A DNA stretch of 64,000 bases from Amphiscolops sp. MND2022 (taxonomy: Eukaryota), in NCBI GenBank assembly GCA_964187785.1, contig OZ076413.1, positions 30,752,001-30,816,000 on the forward strand, in the 5' to 3' direction. The notes beneath the pieces were generated by a model that searched no databases, was not told the origin of the DNA, and was given only the letters and a program-made list of their open reading frames with translations. Of the stretch, positions 7,326-16,810 are shown piece after piece (positions within the stretch are counted from its first letter, which is position 1; each line of letters opens with the position of its first letter). A program made the position numbers and the translations under genes.

Positions 7326-10300
7326 TTAGGCTTTGTAGCCTACGCGAGTTTTTTGCCGAAGGATGGACAGTGGTGCTGGTTGGTTGGGTTGTGCTCGCTG
7401 ATAGCGGGGATTTCTTTCGACGTGACTTGCAACCGCTCGCCTGAGTTCTTGTAGGGGTGTCAAAGATTTGGTCGAAGTAGCCGGTGTGGTAGTCAAGGGT
7501 TCGGGTGTTATTTGTTGCGTCAGTGTTTGGATAGGAGTAGTTGAACCAGGAGGACGGGATGTAGTAGGCTGATCCGGAGTTGTTGGTGTTCCCAACCGGT
7601 GATTTTCTGGGGAAATAATACCAGAGTCGGTGCTCTGGGGAGTTCTCACTCGTTTTTGTGCGGTGGTCTGTCTTTGTTGGTTTCGGACTGGTAAAATGCA
7701 GAGATCCCCGAGTATCTGTGGTTCTGAAACATTAAGTCGTTCTATTCTTCCTTTGACAAAATTGTTATAGAAATCCGTGTCTCCACGGTAGGGAGTTGTG
7801 TATTCTTCTATAAGAGGGGGGAGTGTTTCCTCTTTGGGAAAGTATTCTATTAAATGATTTCTATGGACTGTTCGGAGATTTTCGGGGTTTTGATCGTTTT
7901 TTATTTGGTATGTTGTGTTGGTGATTCTCTTGGTAACTGTAAATGGTCCTAATCGCAGTTGTTGAAGTTTTTGGCTTTTGGAGAGGTCTTTCCGATGGTT
8001 TTCTAACAAGACCTTTTGTCCGATGTTGAGATGGCTGCCTAGTTTAAATCTGTTTCTGTAGGCATGAGATCTAGCTGTTTGTTTTCTGCATTTTTCGTAA
8101 GTGGACGAATAGATTTTCTTGAAGGCGGTCTCTCTTTCAAGCAAGTTTTGAGATAGTTGAGGTCTTAATAGTCCATTCAGCAGTTCGTTTTTGACTTGGT
8201 TTTCGCTGTGGCAGTGAGGAGGCAGTCCGTTGCAGAACTGTGATCTGCAATTCTTGTTTTTATTACGGTATAGACCCAACTTAAGACTCATAGGTATCTG
8301 TGGTTTATTGCAGAAGACTATTTCGTATGGTGTCTTTCCAGTGGTATAGTTGACGCTTGTGTTGTGGGCAAATGCGAATTTAGCAGCTAGTTGGGCCCAG
8401 TTGTTTCCTGAGTCGTTTAAGAAGTTTCTCCAGTACCTTGCAATGTGTTGGTTTTGGGTTTCCACTTTTCCGTTAGTCCAGGGTGAGTGTGCAGTTCTTG
8501 GCCGGAGAGTGATGCCTAACTCTTTAGTCCAATTGACGAATTCAGTGTTTACGAAAGCCGTTCCTCTATCGTGTATGATAGACTGCGGTATCCCATAGTG
8601 CATAATCCATTTTTCCATAGCGTTGATTGTTGACTGTGCACCTGTGTCTCTAACTGGGTATGCCATCAAGTAGCGTGAAAATGCGTCGATGATGAGGAGG
8701 CAATGTGAATTTCCACGACTGGGAGGGTTGAGTGGTCCCTTGTGATCGATATGAACAGTTCTGAATACTTGGGTCTCGGTTTCACAGTCCTCCAGTGGGA
8801 CTTCGTTATTTCTTCTTTGTTTGGATTTGTTAGATTGGCAGCTAACGCAATCTTGTGTGAGGGCACAAATCCAGTCGTGCATCCCGGGCCAGTAGTAGAA
8901 TCTTTTAGCATTTAGGTAGGTTTTCTCGGCTCCCATATGGCCTCCGAGGTCGTTGTAGTGTCCTAATCGGAAGCAGGCGAGAAATAAGGAGAGTGGTAAG
9001 CATATTCGAAGATTTTCTTCTTCCGTCTTATCTGTAGGTTCATTGTAGCACAGTAGGTTTCCGTTTTCTTCTATGGTCAATCTATCAAACTCTTGGGAAT
9101 AGCGCATGAGTCCTTTAGAGTGTTGTAATTCTGGTGATTTTGGCGTAGGCCTGTTTCCGGTTTGTATCCATCGTCGAACCACACTGAGCACCGGGTCATT
9201 GATCTGTTCTTGTAAGATTGTTGTGACGTCTAGATCCACTTCTTTTGATATTTTGTCGAGTTGACTGACGAGCTCTCGGGCTGGGGTCTTGTGTTTTTCC
9301 GTTGAATTTGTAGGTAGACTGAGGTGTTCTATTGCCTTTGCATTTTCGGGAATACCTGTGTTACGTGCGGTGAGATCTTCAGTGTTGAGCTCGTAGTTGG
9401 TCTCGTTTACTTCATGACTTTGGTTGTCTGTGCAGGCTTCATCATCTGCATCGCTATTGATGGAGCTGTAAGTATTCTGAGACGAATCGGAAGTGCTATC
9501 CCTTGTCCCGGATCTGATTTTTAGCTCTGAAAATTTTCCTAGTTCTCTTCCAGCGTCGAGACAACTCTGTGCTGACTCTATTTTCGGCAGGTTAGGTTCC
9601 TCGTAGATATTGTTAACTGTGAAGTTATTTCCATCGTTTTGCAGGTGAAGAATTTTTCGTTCATCTCCTTTTTCGTACAGGATGGGGTAGAAATCGTTTT
9701 TTGACGTTTCTTCGTTTTCTTCGTGTTTTATTTTGTAGTGTATTTGGGTTCCATGCTCGTCGAAGAAGTGAATATCGTTCGGTAGGATTTTGTGACTGAG
9801 TTGATGTTTTTTGTGTTCTTCTATCGATACGTTTCTGCTGAGTATATCAGGGAAGGCTAAATTGCTTCCTGGGGTCCAAATTATCTTGAGATTTGGGAAT
9901 TTAGAGATTATTACTTGGTACCTGAAGAAACGCGGTGAAACTTGTCCTTTTCGTCCCCAGAGATAAAGAATTGGTTTGTGGTCACAATATAAGTAAATTG
10001 GAAAGGGAGATCCAATGATATAGTGTTCGTAGGTTTGTAATGCTGAGACTATTCCACATAGTTCTCTATGTAGAGTAGACATTTTTTGTTCTTCTTTTGC
10101 GAAGACTCTGGAATTGAAAGAAATGATCCGTTTCCCTTCTGGAAATTGTTGTATGAGGATACATCCTGTCCCTACGTTGGACGAGTCGACGTGTATATGA
10201 AAGGGATATTTTGTTGAAGGTACCGCAAGAACTGTGTCTTCGCTGATTCTTTTCTTTATTTGTTGGAAGAGGTCTTCATGTTCTTGGTTCCAACAGAAAT

Positions 10301-12836
10301 TTGTATCCTTTTTTGTGAGTTCGTAAAAGGGTCGACTATCGACGTGAAGGTTCTTGATGTAGCAGCTGTAGAAACCTAAGGCTCCCAAGAAGCTTTTCAC
10401 TTCGGTTTTGGTTTTTGGTGATTTGAGATTATGTAGGTCTCTTACTCGTTTAGCTACGGGTTGTATTCCTTCTGCTGCAATCACATGTCCCAAAAACTTG
10501 ACTTTCCTCAAGAAGAAGAGTGTTTTGTCAGGTGCCGCTTTTAGTCCCGCTTTCCGTAGTAGGTTATGGTATTCTTGAATCACTGTGAACATTTCTTGTT
10601 TACTTTTCGCTTGCATCAACGTGTCGTCTATGTAGGTGATTGCTTGTTTCTTTTTAATGAGAGGTTCGAAGTGAATTGTCATCATTCGGCTAAAGAAGCT
10701 TGGTAACCCTTTAAGTCCGTAGAATCCTCTGGTGAAGGTGTATTGTTTCCCGCCTATGATGAAGCTTGTAAGTTTTTGTGTAGGCTCGTCTAATGGGACT
10801 TGGTGAAATGCACAGGAGAGATCACTTACTGAGAAGATGTTCCCGTTGATTAGTGTCATTATGGTTTGGATCGGTTCTAAGGGCCAGGAGTAGTTTGTTA
10901 GATCCGTCACTGAATTTAGGTATCTTGCGTCTATGATCAGTTTTACATAGTCGTGTTTTGGTTGTAGTATAATAGGATTTACGAATAAGGATCCCATTTC
11001 GTCGTCATCGCCCATCTCTCTGATAATATCGGCGTCTTTGAGTTGTGTGAGTAGCTTCTCTAACTTTTCTCTTAGGTGAAGTGGTACTTTGCTGGGTCTC
11101 TGTCTCTTCAGGATTGCTCCAGGTTCGAGTTTGATGTTAAATTTCTGTCTGGTTTTTCCTACGTCGAATTTGTGTTGGGAGTATACATCTCTCGCATCCA
11201 TTAGTTGGTCTATTAGGAGCACAAGTTCCTCGTCAGTAAGGTCTGAGTAGCGAAAGTCGAATTCTTTGATGTATTGCACTGCTTCTTTGTTCTGGTACTG
11301 AAGGTAATACTCGATCAGTCTTTCGTTGTCTTCTTTTTGCCTGAAGATTTTAAATTGCTCATCGCAGGGTGGTTGACAAGACTTTGCGTCACTCGTAAAG
11401 TCTGTCTCCAGCTCTCTATGTTTAAGGTGAAATTGCTCGGAAAATTGTTGTATCTCGTCTTCCAGCGCGTATTCGGGGTCTCCTCTCGTAGTCATAGCAT
11501 AGACGTCTAGTTCATTTCTTGTATAAATTCGGAGTTGTATTTCCGAGTAGGCAAAAACATCTTGAATAATTTGTGTCACATCTTGCCATTGGAAATCTTC
11601 TAGTTCTGACGCTTCTCGTAACATAGAAATGGTCTTGATACAATTCATTTTGGCGTGTGCTTTTAGAGTCTCTAGCGTTTGGACTAAGATTTGTGGGTCG
11701 ATTTTGTCTTTTGATTTAGCTTTTGTGATTAGGACGTATATGAATCGTTTTAGATTCATGTCCCAGTAAGGTATTGTATCCCCTTTGAGTGGTTTCTGTT
11801 TTGCGCAAGATTCTTTTAACAAGGGTATGTTCGTTAGGATTTCTTTCGAGAAGCCTTTGGCTGGCTTCAGATCTGCCGGGACAAAGATCATGATGGAGTC
11901 GGGTCTGCTGAGGATTGTAGTAGAATTTCCTCCTTCTATTCTGATGCAATCGTTCATATCTTGTGAAGGGATGGTGGAGTGCAACAGGAAACAGTCATTG
12001 TATTCTTCGTTTTCGTTTAGGATAGCGTAGGCGAGTTCCGTAGGGTTTCTAACTTGGTATTTTGGAATTTCTTGGTCTAATACGTCGAGCAGAGAGTATC
12101 CAATAGTTCCTTTTACTAGGGTGATTGTATGGTTTTTGTTATTTTCCATGACGATTGGCAAAGTCTTCTCAAATCTTGTACAAAGGACATTTATAAAATT
12201 TAGTCCTGTAGAGACTGCTTTTCTGTTGGGTAGGAACGTAGATCCGGGAGGAAAGGAGTTCTTGGGGTTTTCCGGTGCAAATTTGTAACATCTTGTCGTC
12301 TTTGGTTCGATATACATTGAGTGAGGAATTCGGACTGAGAGTATTTGTGATACGTAGGGGTAACATTTGTTGAGTTGTAGACTGCCATAGCAGAAAGTAT
12401 TTATAGGTCTTTTGAGTTCTATGCCAGGAAGATCAAAGTGTATTTTGTTAACTTGTTCTTGACAGAAGTTCATTCCAAGGAGGTTTTGGGTCTTCATCTC
12501 TGTTATCCAGACTGTCAGTGGGAAGTTATGTTGTCCATCGGAATCGTAGTAGAGTTTAAGGGTGATGTATCCCATCATAGGGATGATCTGCCCAGAGTAG
12601 TTCCGTGTTGTGTTGTTACTTCTGCTGAGTTCGAGGTCTTGTTGAAATTGACAGAGTTCTCTAAAGGTCCTGTAGTTAATGATTGAAGATGTTGCCCCAG
12701 TGTCTAGTAGAAATTCGATTTCTAAGCCACTATCTTTTTGTGAGTCTCCGGCAGCAAAATAATAAAGATTAAGACTAAATTTTAGTGGGGCAGTGCTGCT
12801 GTTACGGTTTTTCGGAGACCTTAATAGTTTAAAGGG
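7326..12836 (-). CDS. pol: Pol: aspartic protease, dUTPase-like spacer, TARG1-like macrodomain, RT, RNase H, integrase
   Basis: The frame is open upstream of the tracked ATG to the gag end and includes FLLDTGA (DTG at 12696-12704). RT YIDD; RNase H HVDSSNVG...DHKP; IN HHCC (H...GH...CVSC), D-D-E core (HIDHKGP, HDRGTAF, KVETQN) and LGPF. Confidence 0.96.
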   Translation of the reverse strand, partial: PFKLLRSPKNRNSSTAPLKFSLNLYYFAAGDSQKDSGLEIEFLLDTGATSSIINYRTFRELCQFQQDLELSRSNNTTRNYSGQIIPMMGYITLKLYYDSDGQHNFPLTVWITEMKTQNLLGMNFCQEQVNKIHFDLPGIELKRPINTFCYGSLQLNKCYPYVSQILSVRIPHSMYIEPKTTRCYKFAPENPKNSFPPGSTFLPNRKAVSTGLNFINVLCTRFEKTLPIVMENNKNHTITLVKGTIGYSLLDVLDQEIPKYQVRNPTELAYAILNENEEYNDCFLLHSTIPSQDMNDCIRIEGGNSTTILSRPDSIMIFVPADLKPAKGFSKEILTNIPLLKESCAKQKPLKGDTIPYWDMNLKRFIYVLITKAKSKDKIDPQILVQTLETLKAHAKMNCIKTISMLREASELEDFQWQDVTQIIQDVFAYSEIQLRIYTRNELDVYAMTTRGDPEYALEDEIQQFSEQFHLKHRELETDFTSDAKSCQPPCDEQFKIFRQKEDNERLIEYYLQYQNKEAVQYIKEFDFRYSDLTDEELVLLIDQLMDARDVYSQHKFDVGKTRQKFNIKLEPGAILKRQRPSKVPLHLREKLEKLLTQLKDADIIREMGDDDEMGSLFVNPIILQPKHDYVKLIIDARYLNSVTDLTNYSWPLEPIQTIMTLINGNIFSVSDLSCAFHQVPLDEPTQKLTSFIIGGKQYTFTRGFYGLKGLPSFFSRMMTIHFEPLIKKKQAITYIDDTLMQAKSKQEMFTVIQEYHNLLRKAGLKAAPDKTLFFLRKVKFLGHVIAAEGIQPVAKRVRDLHNLKSPKTKTEVKSFLGALGFYSCYIKNLHVDSRPFYELTKKDTNFCWNQEHEDLFQQIKKRISEDTVLAVPSTKYPFHIHVDSSNVGTGCILIQQFPEGKRIISFNSRVFAKEEQKMSTLHRELCGIVSALQTYEHYIIGSPFPIYLYCDHKPILYLWGRKGQVSPRFFRYQVIISKFPNLKIIWTPGSNLAFPDILSRNVSIEEHKKHQLSHKILPNDIHFFDEHGTQIHYKIKHEENEETSKNDFYPILYEKGDERKILHLQNDGNNFTVNNIYEEPNLPKIESAQSCLDAGRELGKFSELKIRSGTRDSTSDSSQNTYSSINSDADDEACTDNQSHEVNETNYELNTEDLTARNTGIPENAKAIEHLSLPTNSTEKHKTPARELVSQLDKISKEVDLDVTTILQEQINDPVLSVVRRWIQTGNRPTPKSPELQHSKGLMRYSQEFDRLTIEENGNLLCYNEPTDKTEEENLRICLPLSLFLACFRLGHYNDLGGHMGAEKTYLNAKRFYYWPGMHDWICALTQDCVSCQSNKSKQRRNNEVPLEDCETETQVFRTVHIDHKGPLNPPSRGNSHCLLIIDAFSRYLMAYPVRDTGAQSTINAMEKWIMHYGIPQSIIHDRGTAFVNTEFVNWTKELGITLRPRTAHSPWTNGKVETQNQHIARYWRNFLNDSGNNWAQLAAKFAFAHNTSVNYTTGKTPYEIVFCNKPQIPMSLKLGLYRNKNKNCRSQFCNGLPPHCHSENQVKNELLNGLLRPQLSQNLLERETAFKKIYSSTYEKCRKQTARSHAYRNRFKLGSHLNIGQKVLLENHRKDLSKSQKLQQLRLGPFTVTKRITNTTYQIKNDQNPENLRTVHRNHLIEYFPKEETLPPLIEEYTTPYRGDTDFYNNFVKGRIERLNVSEPQILGDLCILPVRNQQRQTTAQKRVRTPQSTDSGIISPENHRLGTPTTPDQPTTSRPPGSTTPIQTLTQQITPEPLTTTPATSTKSLTPLQELRRAVASHVERNPRYQRAQPNQPAPLSILRQKTRVGYKA
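11520..11948 (-). other. TARG1/OARD1 (Poa1p-like) macrodomain within Pol
   Basis: RFIYVLITKAKSKDKIDPQILVQTLETLKAHAKMNCIKTISMLREASELEDFQWQDVTQIIQDVFAYSEIQLRIYT aligns by eye, without gaps, to the TARG1 C-terminal half as recalled (RYIYYLITK...L..SLEAMKSH...LSMPRIGCGLDRLQW..V...IEEVF...I.I.VY). Confidence 0.8.
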
Positions 12837-14275
12837 CGAATATCGGCGACAGAGTTCACCGAGTAATCTGTTTCGAGAAACTGTACGGTGTTATGTCTTC
12901 CCATGTCGTTAGTTCTAGGGAACCTTTGTTCGTAGGTTTGAGTGGGGGTGTTTGGTCTTTCGTTTCTGTTTTGTGGTCTATTAAAGACTGAGTTATTCCT
13001 TGGTGGAAGAGGCTGTATGTTGCGGTTGAAGGAGTTAGGCTGGTCTCTGTTGAAGCTGAACGGAGATCTTGCTCTTTGGGGCCCAGGAGAAACACTTCTG
13101 GAATTGTTAGAATTGTTTAGAAAAGGTCTTCTTCCTTCTTGTGAAAATCTTTGGTTACCAGGACTGAATCTTGTATTCATAGGTCGGCGTTCTGGGTTGA
13201 AATTTCTTCTTTGTGGTCTATCATATTGGTTCCGGGCAGGGTTTGACTGCATGGCTCCAGCAAGTGCTAGTTGATGTGCCACAGCCATATGTTTTCTGAT
13301 TTCTGAATCGGGTAGTCTAGTTTGGAATCTAGAACCATGTCCAGGTCCAGTTCTTTTGTTGTAATCGTTGGTGAAAGTTATTCGTCTCTCTGGGTTGGAT
13401 TCATTTTGAACTTTCTTGATTTCTTCATCTCTCATCTTCTTTCTGCACCAGTTAGGCGTATGCCCATTTGTTCGGCAGTAGCTGCAAAACCTGGTGGCCA
13501 TTCTACGTCCTGTTGCGTTCGGATCAACAGTTTTCTCTATTGCATTAATAGTGTTGTTCGTCTGTTCTTTGATTTGTAGCTTGATTCCTTTGATGTCTTC
13601 TCGCAATTCTTGGATGAGTGGGTCTGCGTGTGATTCTCCACCGGTGAGAGAGGTAGTTACTGTGTAAGAAAGGTCTTTGTTTATTACAGCTTGAGAGAAC
13701 TGCTCCCAGGTTGCATTCGGATGATCCATTAAGTATTCGTGTGCCTTTTCCCTCAGTTTCGGGGGTCGAAGGCCTCTCAGTGAGTAGTCAATGCACCTCT
13801 GTCTTCTTTGTCTGTCTTGTGCTGCTCTTTCGGCGTCTCTATTGTTCTGTGCGACTCCGGCTAGATCATCTGGCCATCCTTTTCCGACTACTATTTTAAT
13901 TCTGTGTAGGAAGTTCTTTATTTCTTCTCCATCTCGTCTGATGACGTGTTCGGCTTCCATTCTGTGTCTAAATTTGTTTCTGCCATCTGCGAATCGCGTT
14001 ATGAACCTCTCTCTGATTTCTGCCCAAGTGTTAGCGTCTGTGATGCTGGTCTCGAACCACTCTGCTGCGGGTCCTCTTAATAGTGTAGCAAAATAGGATT
14101 TTCTTCTGAAGTTGTAGTCATCAAGTGCTGGTCCGTTGGCCGGGGTATCACCGTGAGAAAACCGGAACTTCTTTTCAATGAGCTGTATGAATTGTTCAGG
14201 ATCTTGATCTGGGTCTGTTCCTGTGAATTGGTCTCGGCCTAGGTCTGGATAAGCCAAGTAATTTTGCGCAGCCAT
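12821..14275 (-). CDS. gag: Gag (capsid-like region, CCHC zinc knuckle, Arg/Asn/Pro-rich tail)
   Basis: 484-aa ORF upstream of pol; CSYCRTNGHTPNWC = C-X2-C-X4-H-X4-C; LRGPAAEWF and LRGLRP resemble retrotransposon capsid motifs. Confidence 0.92.
   Translation of the reverse strand: MAAQNYLAYPDLGRDQFTGTDPDQDPEQFIQLIEKKFRFSHGDTPANGPALDDYNFRRKSYFATLLRGPAAEWFETSITDANTWAEIRERFITRFADGRNKFRHRMEAEHVIRRDGEEIKNFLHRIKIVVGKGWPDDLAGVAQNNRDAERAAQDRQRRQRCIDYSLRGLRPPKLREKAHEYLMDHPNATWEQFSQAVINKDLSYTVTTSLTGGESHADPLIQELREDIKGIKLQIKEQTNNTINAIEKTVDPNATGRRMATRFCSYCRTNGHTPNWCRKKMRDEEIKKVQNESNPERRITFTNDYNKRTGPGHGSRFQTRLPDSEIRKHMAVAHQLALAGAMQSNPARNQYDRPQRRNFNPERRPMNTRFSPGNQRFSQEGRRPFLNNSNNSRSVSPGPQRARSPFSFNRDQPNSFNRNIQPLPPRNNSVFNRPQNRNERPNTPTQTYEQRFPRTNDMGRHNTVQFLETDYSVNSVADIRPLNY
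12827..12836 (-). promoter_or_regulatory. -1 programmed ribosomal frameshift site (overlapping C CCU UUA and U UUA AAC)
   Basis: Minus strand CCCTTTAAAC is in the gag frame two codons before the gag TAA. The pol frame is -1 relative to gag and open through this site. Confidence 0.85.
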
Positions 14276-15290
14276 TGTGAGCTATTGAGGTTATAAAAGA
14301 TAGAAGATGAAGTAAGGAAAAATAAGCCAAAGACTCTGTGAGGTATGATACTCCTGGTTTTTGAGAGTAACTACAAAGAGCGGAAGTAAAAATTGTTTGT
14401 ACAATGATTCTAACAGTGATAATTATTAGGCAGGTCTGACAAAACATATACTCCGTAATTCGCTGCTAGTAAAAATGAAATTAGCGCATCTCAGCCCAGG
14501 ATAGGCACATTCCCAGTATTTATTACTGAAATTTCAAAATTTTTAGGGGATACTTACAAATCCCGCTTGTGTTACGATTACCGTAAAAAGGGTAGTTCGG
14601 AGTATACCAATCCTCCGAGTTAAGCTTAAAAGATTGGAGAGTACAGTCGGTCCAATAGGTCTTCAATTCGCTAGACTAGCCTTTCAATGGCTTTTGTAAA
14701 AGTAGTACTAGAACTAACCAACAGAGGGAGTCACTCTCGTCCTCAGGATTAAGTGCGCGGGGCCAAGATCACTATCATGCAAACACTCGGGTACTATCAC
14801 TAGAATACTAGGTTTCCCACTTGGAATGCTACACAGGTTCCGGGACACCCACTGGGCTCACGGCCTTCAACCAGTCTCCGAGGAGACCTAGGCGGGCTTT
14901 TACTTAATGTGTGTCCGTCTGGACTTGAGTGAACTTCCCAACTGTAAGTTTAAATTCCGTGTTAGAGGGCAGTTTCATTCTTGTTTAGGACCGAATGTAG
15001 TCTAGCATTTCCGTAAAAATAGATCAGCGCTAACCTTTTTGTGGATTGAGAGGACTAAGTTGGGTAGAGCACAGTCTCTTCCAACGGCTGTTAAGCTGGA
15101 GAGATTCTATTAGAGTATTTACTAGCAGTTCTGTAATTTATATAGACTAAAGAAGCCACATATTGGGGCAGTAGGAGAAAAAAGAAAATCAGAAGTAAGA
15201 TTAAGAGAAATAGGTAGTTAACCCTAACTTCTGAGAGTAGGGATTCGAACAGATTGCTCATTTACTTCTCTATAGTAAGAGAAAAAGGAT

Positions 15291-15308
15291 GCCTCACTGG
15301 TCGCACCA
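15291..15308 (-). promoter_or_regulatory. Primer binding site
   Basis: TGGTGCGACCAGTGAGGC starts 3 nt after the 5' LTR end, complementary to a tRNA 3' CCA end. The tRNA identity was not determined. Confidence 0.85.
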
Positions 15309-15311
15309 GTT

Positions 15312-16810
15312 TGTCGCACGCATGGATAAATTTCAGTTCTGCTATTTTACAGTTTCCTCTTTTAGAGGGGAATTCCAAATTTGTTATCCGTATTAGTCAG
15401 CCCAGCTGTTACAACATTTGGCAAAATGCTTTTCCAACAACTGTTGTTTTATTGAAGTAGAACAAGTAGAAAAGTCTCAATAACTTAATTTCTTTTTTGT
15501 AATACCGAAAAGAAAGTGCCTTGCGTGTACGTGCGAACAAAGGAACTTGCGTGAGTAAGTGCAAGGCAGGGAATGTAAATGAGCTCTCTGAACTAAAAAA
15601 AAAAACATATGTTAGCAAACTTGTTGAATTACATAAAAGAGTTGAACTTCAGACATATCAGTTTTTATTCAACTGTTTACAAGTATTCAGTCAAACTCAC
15701 CAAATTTATTTGCCAGCAACCGAAGTAATATCTTAGCTATTTCAATTTAGAGCATAAATTGATGAAGAAATTTAGCATCGAAGGAAATTCATAGTAATTT
15801 CCTTTAGTTCGAAGAAAGTTTTTTTACGAAAAATCCAGTTTTGGTGTTGTAATAACTTAGACAACACTATTTAATTTTATAGTCTCTACTCCTTTGTTTT
15901 AGGAATAGCATTAAGACTTTAGGAATAGCATCTTTTTTTTTTTTTTGAATATGGGAATGGTAAAGACAAATAAGTTAACAGGGGAAAACCGCAGAATTAA
16001 ATCAGCAGAATTATTCTAAGATAGAATTTTAACAACCGCAGAATTAAATCAGCGGAATTATTATAAGATAGAATCCGCAGAATTGAATCAGCGGAATTAT
16101 TCTAAGATAGAGTTTAGTTAGAAGGAGGGAGAGTAAAAAATCTCCTCTAAAAGAAAAAATCTAAGATATTTTCGACTCACCCAACTGGAGACCAAGTTGA
16201 ATTGAAGAGAATTTTCTAAGATAGAAAATTCTGTTGGGGAATAGAGAAAAGGAAAAGATAAGTTTTTGCTTGAGGAAAGGGAGAAAAGGAGGAAAGTTTG
16301 ACTTTATAAGTCTGAGATAAGACAAGTGCAATGTAAGCAAAGAGAAAGTGGAGAATAAGAGTCGAGGGGGAGAAGGGGGAGAGTAAGTGTAAGAGAAGTA
16401 GAGGAATTGATAAGTTGAGAGAGAGAGAGAGAGCTGTAAGTTGAGCTCAGCCGTCCGGCGGGAAAGAATGAATCTCCAGCCTGTGCGCGCGGTATAAAAA
16501 CAGTTCAGCACAGCTGTTGAAGTGCCTGGCCGGCATGTGTTGCATGCTACCAATGGTAGCTCAGCTTTAAAATTCAAATATCCGCGGTAAGAAATAGAAA
16601 TTTTCACTAGTGCAATTCCTTTCCCGTAGTATTCCATTACTTATTACTCCACTTCGAGGCCGCCGCGTTATGGCCGCCGCCATATTTACTTCAACTTTCC
16701 ACTCTCCACACAACGTTAGTTCAAGTTTTATGTTTCTCTTTGCACGTATTATTTTTTATAATAGAAAGCGCCTTTTGGTGATTCGTTAGAGCGTTAGTCA
16801 TAGCGCGACA
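15312..16810 (-). repeat. 5' LTR, 1499 bp, termini TGTCGC...GCGACA
   Basis: 6-bp terminal inverted repeat with TG...CA ends; PBS adjacent; right part is duplicated at 1-506. Confidence 0.92.
15989..16113. repeat. Three 39-bp imperfect direct repeats inside the LTR
   Basis: ccgcagaattaaatcagc(a/g)gaattatt(c/a)taagatagaat at 15989, 16036 and 16075. Confidence 0.9.

Larger units (their letters stand above)
1..16810 (-). mobile_element. Giant env-bearing Ty3/gypsy (Metaviridae-like) LTR retroelement; 3' LTR runs off the window start
   Basis: Direct repeat 1-506 = 16305-16810 (constant offset 16304). PBS next to the right-hand LTR and PPT next to the left-hand LTR. gag and pol in PR-RT-RH-IN order, then accessory ORFs and env, almost all on the minus strand. 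Confidence 0.96.

Noticed and set aside
1291-13899. Numerous 60-130-aa plus-strand ORFs opposite gag, pol, env and the TRAF ORF
   Set aside because: Antisense shadows of long coding frames, mostly with non-ATG starts.
16161-16637. 158-aa ORF in the gypsy LTR
   Set aside because: Runs through pyrimidine and CT microsatellite tracts, giving an F/L/S-rich product; unlike the BEL LTR ORF it has no recognisable domain.
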